This document shows positions 55,648 through 64,000 of a stretch of 64,000 bases of DNA, one piece after another (the stretch's first letter is position 1; every line of letters begins with the position of its first letter). The DNA comes from an uncultured Verrucomicrobiae bacterium (GTDB lineage Bacteria > Verrucomicrobiota > Verrucomicrobiia > Chthoniobacterales > Chthoniobacteraceae), in assembly GCA_963769025.1 (NCBI GenBank), contig CAVYKI010000003.1, positions 544,001-608,000 of the forward strand, read 5' to 3'. The notes beneath the pieces were generated by a model. It searched no databases, was not told where the DNA came from, and saw only the letters and a list, made by a program, of their open reading frames with translations. A program made the position numbers and the translations under genes.

Positions 55648-56376
55648 CTACCCGCGCTCGCCGAGCCAGCGCGACGCAAAGTGGATCACCGCGAGGGAAT
55701 TCTTCAGGCCGAGCTTTGTCCGGATGTTGGTCTTGTGACAGCTCACGGTCTTCAGGCTCAGGTGCAGGTCGGCGGCGATCTGGTGCCCGTCCTTTCCCTC
55801 CGCGATGAGCTGGAAGACCTCGAACTCGCGGTCGCTCAGCTTCCCGAGCGGCGAGCTCGTCGCCTTCGTATTCGGGTGGACGATCCGCTCCAGGATGCCG
55901 GCCGACATCTTCTCGCTCACGTACACCTTTCCGGCGAGCACCGTGGCGATCGCCTGCAGGATCTTCTCCGGCCCTTCCTGCTTCATGATGTACCCGCGCC
56001 CGCCGGCGTGCAGGATGCGTTCGCCGTACAGCGCCTCGTCGTGCATCGAGATGACGAGGACCGGCAGCTCGGGCTGGAAGGCGTGGATGTCCTTGAGCAG
56101 TTCCAGGCCGCTTCTGCCCGGCAGGCCGATGTCCGTCAGCAGGATGTCCGGTTTCGTCCGCGGGATTTCCTCGAAGGCCTTCGCCGCAGTCTCCGCGAAG
56201 CCGCAGACCATGAGGTCCGGCTGCTGGCGGATGATCCCGGCCAGCCCCTCGCGGAAAACGGGATGATCATCGACGATGAAGACCCGCGACTGCTTCGGTG
56301 CGGGCTTCCCGGCCTGCTTCGCTGTCTGCTTCGCCCGCTGTTTCGCGGGCTGCCTGGTTTGTTCTTTCTTCGCCAT
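55648..56376 (-). CDS. NarL/LuxR family response regulator
   Basis: IVDDHP, LTDIGLP (phospho-Asp), SMH, GYIMK; HTH LSDREFEVF..IA.G....IA..L.LS.KTV..H..NI..KL. Confidence 0.95.
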   Translation of the reverse strand: MAKKEQTRQPAKQRAKQTAKQAGKPAPKQSRVFIVDDHPVFREGLAGIIRQQPDLMVCGFAETAAKAFEEIPRTKPDILLTDIGLPGRSGLELLKDIHAFQPELPVLVISMHDEALYGERILHAGGRGYIMKQEGPEKILQAIATVLAGKVYVSEKMSAGILERIVHPNTKATSSPLGKLSDREFEVFQLIAEGKDGHQIAADLHLSLKTVSCHKTNIRTKLGLKNSLAVIHFASRWLGERG

Positions 56377-56377
56377 T

Positions 56378-59246
56378 TCAGTCCTCCTCCGGTGCGGAAT
56401 CCTTGGTTTTTGGTATCGTGCAGACGACTTTCGTTCCGCCCTTGGGTTTGCTGCGGAAATCCAGCGAGCCTCCCATCGCCTCGGCCCGGTATTTCATCGT
56501 GCGGATGCCCATGCCCGCGTTCCAGCCGGGCGTCCAGTCCGCATGCCTTTGCCGTCGTCGTTCACCGACAGCGCCAGCTCCGTCGCGGAGGCGGAGAGCA
56601 GGATGGCGATGTGCTTCGCATCCGCGTGCCGGGCGGCATTCGTCACCGCCTCCTGCGCGATCCGGTAGAGATGCGTGGCGACTTCGGGATCGGAGACATG
56701 CACCGGACGCCCGCACGCAAAACGGCACCGGAGCCCGAACAGTTCCGAGGTCCGCCCGGCGAGTCCGCGGAGCGCGGCCATCAGTCCGCCGGGCTCCGGC
56801 ACCACCGGCTGCAAGCCGCGGGCGAGCGCACGGGTCAGGCTCACCGCCTTGTCCAGCGTCGCAGAAATCCTCGCGGCATTTTCCGCCTCGGGAGAAGATT
56901 GGGCCCGCAGGTTCTTTTCCAGCGCGGAGCTGAAAAACCACAGCCCGGCGAGCTGCTGGCCGAGATCGTCGTGCAGGTCCTGGCCGATGCGCTGCCTCTC
57001 CAGCTCGCTGATGTGGAGGACTTCCTGCTCGAGCCGGCGCCGTTCCTCGATTGCCGTCTTCAGGGATTCCATCGTCTCGGTCAGCGCCTCGGTGCGCGCG
57101 GCGACACGGGCTTCGAGCTCCGCGTTCAGCGTGTGGATCGCCTCCTCGGCCTTCTTCCGCCCGGTGATGTCGCGGATGGCGCTGCACACCAGCAGCCCGA
57201 CCTCCGTCTGGAGCGGGCTGAGGCTGACCTCCACGGGAAACTCGCTCCCGTCCTTGCGCCTCGCGGCCAGCTCCCATCGCTCCCCCGATCGGGTGGCTCA
57301 CCGGCTTGGCCGTGTACCGCGCGCGATCGGCGGGATTTCCCTCTCGGGAATCGGCGGGCAGCAGCATTTCCATCTTCCGCCCGAGCAATTCGCGCCGCTC
57401 GTAGCCGAAAAGTTTCTCTGCCTGCCGGTTCAGCATATGAATCGTTCCCTGCCGGCTCACGATTACCATCGCGTCGGGCGCGGATTCCAGCACGTCACGG
57501 AATTTTTCCTCGGCCAGTTTGACAGCCGTGATGTTCACATGCGCGATCACCAAGCGGACCTCGCCTTCCCCGGCGAAAGGCGTGACGTAGGCCGTGAACC
57601 ACCGCCTCTCAGTCGGCGAATGGCACGGGTAGTCCATCGAAAACATCCGCGTCCGTCCTTTCAACACCGAGCGCACACCGGCGACGAAGCGCTTCGCGTC
57701 GCCCCGCTCCAGCCCATGCACCCGCTCGCAGACTTCCAGATAGTTCACGCCGCAGCCGGTCGTCTCGTCCGTGCCGCGGTTGGCGAGTGCGAAACGGCGC
57801 CAGGCCTTGTTCACGTCGAGGATCATCCCCGCTCCGTCGATGACCGCGATCTGCGCGGGGATCGCTTCCACCGTCGAGCGCGCGAGGCGCTGGGACTCGT
57901 GCAACGCCGCCTCCATCGCCTTGCGCTCCGACACGTCACGCACGGTCCCGACGAGATGCAGCGGCCGGCCGCCGGCATCGCGGAGCACGCGGAAGGACTC
58001 CGCGACCCAACGGAAGGTGCCGTCCTTGCATCGGAATCGATATTCCAGCCGCGGGCATGGCTCCCCGGTCGCCATGGCCTTCCTGAAGGTCCGCCGCACG
58101 TGCCGGACGTCGGACGGATGAACCCATTCGAACAGGTCGCCCAGCGACTTGGATCCCAGCTCCTCCGGCATAAAGCCGGTGATCTGTTCGATCACCGGGC
58201 TCACGTAGTCGTAGCCGTCGCTCTGCAGATTCCGCCGGTACGCGGCATCGAGCGAATTCTCCAGGACGGCTCGCAGGCGTTCCTCGCCTTCGCGGATTTT
58301 TTTCTCCGCGGCCTTGCGCTCCGAAACGTCCCGCCAGATGGCCGCGATGGCGACCACGCGCCCTTCCTCCAAGATCGGCGACCGCGAAACTTCCACATCC
58401 ACGAGCGATCCGTCCTTCCGCTGGCGGACCGTTTCAAATGCCGTCACCCGCTGGCCTCGCACCGCAAGCGCCAGGAGCCGCTCGCTCTCCTGACGGCGAT
58501 CCTTTGGCGCGATGAACGACACATTTTCCCCGATCGCCTCCTCGGCGCGGTAGCCGAAAAGCGATTCCGCGCCGGGATTCCACGAGACGATGATCCCGTC
58601 CGGCATGAAGCTCGCGATGGCATCCTGTGATGACTCGACGATGGATGCGAGCAAGGCCGCGCGCGTCCCCGCGGCACGGAGCTCGGTGACATCCTCGATC
58701 GCGGTCAGGAACAGCCCCGCACGTCCATCCGCGGCGCGGTGCCGGTTTGTGGACATGCGCACCTGCCGCACCGTGCCGTCCCGCGCGACGAGCCGGAGGT
58801 CGGCGGCCACGGTCGAGGTGCTGCGCCGCATCTTCCAGAGATGCTCGAGGAATTTTCGCCGCTCCGCCGCCTCGACAAAGACGATGAACGGCTTGCCGAT
58901 CGCGATGGCCCTCCGGGTGCAAAGCAGCCGTTGCGCCTCCGCGTTGATGTCGCGGACACAGCCGTGCGAATCGAACGTCAGATAGCCAATCGGCGCGTGC
59001 TCGTGAAGCTCGGCAAAGCGCTGATGGGAAATTTCGAGCGAAGCGTGAGCCTTGGCGAGTTCCTCGATCTGGAGTTCCAGCAGGTTCCGCTGCTGCTCGA
59101 GCGCCGCGAGCACTTGCGGACGGCGCAACGCCCGGGTCTTTCCCGGCCGCCTTCGCCCGGGGCTTCCGCGGCGCCGCGAGCGCACGCTTCGCGCCGTTTG
59201 GCGGCCGGATGCCCCGTTTGCCCTGCTCGGAAAATGGCCTTTTCAC
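56378..59246 (-). CDS. Multi-PAS sensor histidine kinase (HisKA_3 / HATPase); frameshifted
   Basis: N-terminal coiled coil, about five PAS/PAC domains, ERQRIGQDLHDDLGQ (H-box), LYRIAQEAVTNAARH, DDGKG, GMGIRTM.YRA..MGG. Shifts near 57280 and 56530. Start uncertain (59246 or 59185). Confidence 0.88.
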
Positions 59247-59251
59247 GGGAA

Positions 59252-62206
59252 TCAGGTCGGGTTGCCCACATCCCGGATGGCGAGGAGGATCCAGTCATCG
59301 CCGTCCTGCCGCTGCGCGAGCCGGCGGGCATTCACGAGCAGGTGCTTCCGCCCGACCGCGGGGAACCTCGCCTCCACCGGGAAGTCCTCGATGCTCGTCC
59401 GCTCGGGGAGGATCTTTTCGAGCAGCGTGCGCAACTCCGGGAATGTCCCATTGTCCCCTGCCGATCTCGTAGATGAACCGGCCCTCCGTCTCAGCGGACT
59501 TCACTTCGAACAGGTCGTAAAAACTCGGGTTTGCCTGCTTCACGCGCAACTTCCCATCCAGCAGCAAAAGCGGTTCGCGCACCGTGCCCACGATCGCCTC
59601 GGAGAGGCACCGCGCGTGGTCCGATTCGGCGAGGCTGCGCTTCAGCGGATCGATGTCCTGCATCACGAAAATCACGCCGTTGATGCGGCTGTCCGCGGTG
59701 CGATACGGCCGGATGCGCAGCGCATACCAATGGCCCTCGCGGTCCTGGATCTCCTGCTCCTCGGCGGCGAGCGTGTCCAGCACGCGGAGGATCGCGGAGT
59801 GCAGCTCCGGCAGCGCGAGGCTGAGCTTCAGGTCCGTGACCGTGCGGCCCACATCACCGGCGATGAGACCGAGGACGGTCTGCGCCTTCGGCGTGAAACG
59901 GCGGACGCGAAGCTCCTTGTCCAGCATCACGACCGCGACCTCCACGCTGTTGAACACATTCAGCAAGTCGTCGCTGATCTCCTGCAGTTCGAGGTTCCGG
60001 TTCTGGAGTTCCTCGTTGAGCGTCGTCAGCTCCTCGTTCGTGCTCTGGAGTTCCTCCTTCGCCGTCTCGAGCTCCTCGTTCGTGCTCTGGAGTTCCTCGT
60101 TGCTTGAGAGCGCCTCCTCGTTCGCCGCGCGCAATTCCTCGTCGGCGGCCTCGTGCTCCTCCATGAGGCCGTGCAGCGAAAGCTTCGTGAGCGCCAGCTC
60201 CTCGCGCAACTGCGCGATCTCCCGCTGCGCCGCGGTGCGCTGGCCGGCCTTGCCCTTGGGCACCGCCGCCTCGACCTTCGCCGCCGTCTGCTCGAAGAAG
60301 ACGAGGAAAAACCGCTCCTCGGACGGCGGCACCTTGAAAGGGATCACGCGGATGTCGGCCGAGATGGTGCGGCCGTCCGTGCGCACCCGCACGCCTTCGC
60401 GCGTCGTGGGCCGGTTCAGCTTCGCGGCCCTCGCGATGAGCGGGCGCAATTCCACCGAGAGGCCCTGCCGCGCCATCTGCAGCAGGTTCAGGTTTGCGGT
60501 CCCCGGCCCGTGGCCGAGATAGAACTCCGTGCGGCCGCGGAATTGCAGGATGTCCATGCGCGAATTCACCACGACGCCATCGGGTGCAAACTCGCTGAGC
60601 ACGAGCGCGTCCGCGTGTTTCCGGATCTCGCCGAGCACATTTTCCGAGCCGCGGCGGCCCGTCGCCGCCGCCGGGACGTCGCGGCCCGCGAGTCCCGCGA
60701 CGAATGGCGGCAGCCGCGTGGCGAGCGGCTCGGACACCGCGCGCTTCGCATAGATGCGCTGCTTCGCATCCAACAGCTCGAACAGCTCCGCAAACCCCGC
60801 GACGGACTCCGCCGTGCCCAGCAGCAGGAAGCCGCGCGGATTCAGCGCGTAGTGGAAAATCGGCACCACTTTCCTCTGCATCGGCGCGCCGAAATAGATG
60901 AGCACATTCCGGCAACTGATGAGGTCCACCTTGGAGAAGGGCGGGTCCGCCACGACGTTCTGCCGCGCAAAGACACACAGGTCGCGGATCGACTTTTCGA
61001 CGCGGTAGCCGGCGTCCGTCCTCGCAAAAAAGCGCCGCAGCCGTGCGGGCGAGAGGTCTCCCTTGATGCTCTCGGGGTACATCCCGGAACGCGCACGGTT
61101 CAGGATCGCGTCGTTCACGTCCGTCCCGAACAACTGGATCGGCCACTTTTTCCCGGCCGTCTCCATGAACTCCACGACCGCCATCGCCAGCGAATACACT
61201 TCCTCGCCGGTCGAGCAGCCCGGCACCCAGATGCGGATGGATTCGTCCGTGGACTTGTGCTTCACGATCCTCGGGAAGATTTTCTTTTTCAGGATCTCAA
61301 ACGCCTTCGGGTCGCGGAAAAAGCCGGTGACCGAGATCAGCACATCCTGGAGCAGCGCCTCCAGCTCGCCGGGATTCCCGCGCAGCAGCCCGCCGTACTG
61401 CGCGAGGCTGTCCGATTTCAGGAGCACCATGCGGCGGGTGATCCGCCGGCCCAGCGTGTTCGGCTTGTAGTGAAAAAAATCGATTCCCGAGTGCGCCTTG
61501 AGCAGCGAGCAGACCTGCTTGAACTCCGCGGCTTCCGCCGGGAACTGTCCGGGCCCATCCTCGCCACGCGGAAGCAGCGCGGAGGGATGATGGCTGATGC
61601 GCACCAGTTCCGCCGCGATCTCCTCGGGCGAAAGGATGAAGTCCGCCGCGCCGCTCGCGCTCGCCGGCATGCCCGAGTGCTTCGCGGTCCTCTCGGTCTG
61701 GGCAAAGGTGATGCCGTTCGCCGCCTTGATCGCCTCGAGCCCGTCCGCTCCGTCCTGCCCGGTGCCCGAGAGGATCACACCCACCGCGCGGTGCCCCTGA
61801 TCCTCCGCCAGCGCCTTGAAAAAATAATTCACCGGCAAGTGCGGTTCCGTCGAGTGGCCGCGCGGCGACAATTTCAGCACCCCCTTGGAAATGCCGAGCG
61901 TCTTGTTCGGCGGGATCACATACACGTGGCCGCGCTCCACCGGCATCCCGTTTTTCGCCTCCACGACCGTCAGCTCCGTCACCCGCGCGAGGAGGCTCGC
62001 GAGCGCGCTCGGCTGCCCGGGGTCGAGATGCTGCACGAGCACGAGCGCCAGCCGCGCATCGCCCGGCAGGTGCCGTACCAGTTGCGTCGCCGCCTCCAGA
62101 GCCGCCCGCCGAGGCTCCCACGCCCACGATGGGAAACGGTGAATGGGTCTTCGTGGGCCCTGACGCCGCGCGGTGGGGTTCCTCGCTTCGATTTCTTCAT
62201 CGCCAT
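59252..62206 (-). CDS. CheB-CheR fusion with coiled coil and PAS domains, no kinase domain; frameshifted
   Basis: CheB: GVGASAGG, VQHL, ILSGTGQDG. CheR: ISVTGFFRD, WVPGCSTGEEVYS, GTD, DLISCRNVLIY. Then EELQSTNEEL repeats and PAS domains ending LLAIRDVGNPT*. Shifts near 62140-62100 and 59440. Confidence 0.9.
60028..60098. repeat. 29-bp direct repeat, 42-bp period, encoding the EELQSTNEEL units
   Basis: AGCTCCTCGTTCGTGCTCTGGAGTTCCTC is identical at 60028-60056 and 60070-60098. Confidence 0.85.
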
Positions 62207-62341
62207 GGGACCCGCAGGCTGTCCGTTTCGGACAGAAAGGCAAGCGCAGCGCGATTCGCGCGCACCTCACCGGCAGCCGCACCCATTCCATTCCCGGCTC
62301 TCCGCTTTCGTGCTACGTTGCGACTCGCGAAAACCCGCGCC

Positions 62342-62536
62342 ATGCAGCCGACCGTCTCACATTGCAAATCCTGCGGTTCCGATTTCGAAGGAAATCAGGA
62401 GCGTTGCCCGTCCTGCGGAAAAAGGAGTCCCCGCGGCCGGCGCGATTTCCTGCTGAAGTGGATCGCAGTCTCCACTTTCCTCATGGCGCTGGCCCTCATC
62501 GCCTACGCACTCACCCACTCGCACGTCGTGGACTGA
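62342..62536 (+). CDS. Small zinc-ribbon membrane protein
   Basis: CKSC...CPSC followed by one hydrophobic helix (64 aa). Confidence 0.7.
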   Translation: MQPTVSHCKSCGSDFEGNQERCPSCGKRSPRGRRDFLLKWIAVSTFLMALALIAYALTHSHVVD

Positions 62537-62562
62537 TCCGGGGCGCTCGGCGGCTGTTCCGC

Positions 62563-62955
62563 CTACGTCTTTTGCTCCGCAAGCCCCCCCACGCTCGACT
62601 CCACCGCACGCCGGAGCTGCAGCAAATCGAACGGCTTCGGAATGATGTATTCCACGCCGAGACCGCGATAGATCGCCTCCGCTTCCGGCGAGAGGTAGCC
62701 GGACATTACGACCCACTTTCCGCGGAACCCGGCGAGTTGCAGCCGCTTGATCAATTCCGACCCCGCCCAGCCCGGCATCATGTGGTCGGCGATGACGATC
62801 TCGAAGCCCCGCGTGTTCGCCTTGAGGAGTTCGAATGCCTCCTGCCCGTCGTAGATGGCATCGACCTGATAGCGTTCCCCCAGCGCCAGTGTGACGGAGG
62901 TGGCGGTATGCGACTCGTCGTCAACGACGAGGATCTTGGTGGGTGGGGAGCCCAT
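62563..62955 (-). CDS. Single-domain response regulator
   Basis: KILVVDDE, IADHMMP, MSG, PKPF. Confidence 0.9.
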   Translation of the reverse strand: MGSPPTKILVVDDESHTATSVTLALGERYQVDAIYDGQEAFELLKANTRGFEIVIADHMMPGWAGSELIKRLQLAGFRGKWVVMSGYLSPEAEAIYRGLGVEYIIPKPFDLLQLRRAVESSVGGLAEQKT

Positions 62956-63400
62956 GGGTCTTGCGAGATTACCATCCGGGCCCCGCTTCACTAGCGGGAA
63001 TGTGACGCAACATCGCGCCCCGACACCTCCCGTCAGAGTACAGGACAGCGGGCCAGCCGGCCGCGACCGGGGGCCGCCCCCGCGGGACCGCTTTTAGCAG
63101 GTCATCCACATTTCGCACAAAGAACATCCGCCCGCGATTTGCGCCGCACCGCCCGATTCCCCCCTGGCGATGCGGCGCATGGCTACCGACGAATCGGCAC
63201 CATTCATGGCGCGACCGACGTTAGCGCATCGGCCACCCTCAAACATGCGGAGGGCTCCGATGCATTCAGCGCCGATCAATCAGCCGTGATTTCTGCACCG
63301 TCTGGTTTGGCGGATTGTTCTCGGCCAGCGGCACGTCGCCGCGCGCGGCCCGCGAAGGCGCTTCCCCGTCGCTCAGCGGCGGCGGGTCGTAGGGCTCGGC

Positions 63401-63490
63401 TTAGGTCTCGGTGTTGTTCACCCACGCGGGATTTCGCGGTGACCCAGGTTTCCCGCCCGGGGAGTGGAAGGATCGATCGAGGGGCTTCAT
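63401..63490 (-). CDS. Candidate leaderless small ORF (29 aa, possibly longer)
   Basis: ATG 7 nt after a -10 box: MKPLDRSFHSPGGKPGSPRNPAWVNNTET*. The frame stays open to 63266 beyond the TAA. Confidence 0.3.
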   Translation of the reverse strand: MKPLDRSFHSPGGKPGSPRNPAWVNNTET

Positions 63491-63497
63491 GCCTCAT

Positions 63498-63586
63498 ACC
63501 GTACCGCCCCCCATCTCTACGGACAATCGGCCCGAGTGCTCAATCGCCTTAAGGAGCGCACCGAGCATCAGTCGGGATTTTTCCTA
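63498..63586 (-). promoter_or_regulatory. Promoter plus candidate operator
   Basis: TTGTCC-N17-TACGGT-N7-ATG, with TAGGAAAAATCCCGA at 63586-63572. Confidence 0.55.
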
Positions 63587-63624
63587 CGCGAACATACTCC
63601 CAATTCAGGGCCGTCGGCGGCGGC

Positions 63625-64000
63625 TTATTCGAGTGGGCGATAGACGACTTCCTTCACCACGGCGCGCGGGAAGTCGAGGGGCTGGCCTTCCAGCGTCGTG
63701 CATTTCACGCGGTCGTTTTCGATGTGGAGATCCTTCACGGAAACGAGGCCGCGATTGTGGAAGCGGAGGCGCGGGAAATGGTCGGCGACGGCTTCCTTGC
63801 TGCCGGGGAAAAGAATCCACGCGACGCGCTTGCCGGGGAGTTCGAGCGGGCCGGCATCGGAATCGACGGTGACGAGGTCGCCCGCGATTTTCTCGATCGC
63901 GCCCGCAAACTCATCGCCATTCACGAGGTGGACGACTGGCAACGGCGCGGCGGCCTTTTCGGGCTCCGTCCCCTCCCCCGCAGCCTCGGGCTTTTTGGCA
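63625..64000 (-). CDS. Hypothetical protein, C-terminal part (starts beyond the window)
   Basis: Open frame to the window edge: ...VVHLVNGDEFAGAIEKI...LRFHNRG...VVKEVVYRPLE*. Confidence 0.7.
   Translation of the reverse strand, partial: AKKPEAAGEGTEPEKAAAPLPVVHLVNGDEFAGAIEKIAGDLVTVDSDAGPLELPGKRVAWILFPGSKEAVADHFPRLRFHNRGLVSVKDLHIENDRVKCTTLEGQPLDFPRAVVKEVVYRPLE

Noticed and set aside
60028..60098. Direct repeat as mini-CRISPR or att site
   Set aside because: It is in-frame coding sequence for coiled-coil heptads.
59252..62206. Chemotaxis operon
   Set aside because: No MCP, CheA, CheW or flagellar genes in the window.
62219..62235. CTGTCCG-TTT-CGGACAG sharing arms with the palindrome at 2063-2076
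   Set aside because: Different spacing, unrelated contexts and short GC-rich arms; a link cannot be supported.
1..64000. CRISPR array, tRNA, rRNA, transposase or integrase
   Set aside because: No repeat-spacer periodicity, recognisable RNA gene or recombinase motif was seen by eye. A covariance-model scan was not possible.

Overview
High-GC bacterial DNA. The gene families (DUF1501, DUF1549/1553, DUF1592/1552, planctomycete-type cytochrome c) point to the PVC superphylum, most likely Verrucomicrobia (inference). Many long genes are broken by single-base indels with almost no in-frame stops, which looks like long-read assembly error rather than decay, so genes were rebuilt across frames. Bases 1-53.3k are an accessory, probably catabolic island. 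It holds five complete DUF1501 genes plus one fragment, four DUF1549/DUF1553 heme-c proteins, a DUF1592+DUF1552 pair, two PPC-domain proteins and cytochrome c-WD40 units. These are interleaved with amide hydrolases (three ceramidase-like, creatininase, M20, amidohydrolase), a PAL-like NHL lyase, a PL10-like lyase, a clan GH-A glycosidase, an SDR, a class V PLP enzyme and two MFS transporters. At 22.6-25.1k a rearrangement scar joins a contractile tail-sheath fragment to the C-terminus of a probable beta-helix protein, possibly a collapsed eCIS locus. Bases 53.3-64k are a signalling island: CheB-CheR-PAS, a multi-PAS HisKA_3 kinase, a NarL-type regulator, a USP, an L,D-transpeptidase and small ORFs. 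Three promoters there share one architecture (TTGTCC-N16/17-TAnnnT-N7-ATG with a 15-bp element about 60 bp upstream). No rRNA, tRNA, CRISPR array or transposase was seen. All family calls are from motif recognition by eye; no searches were run.
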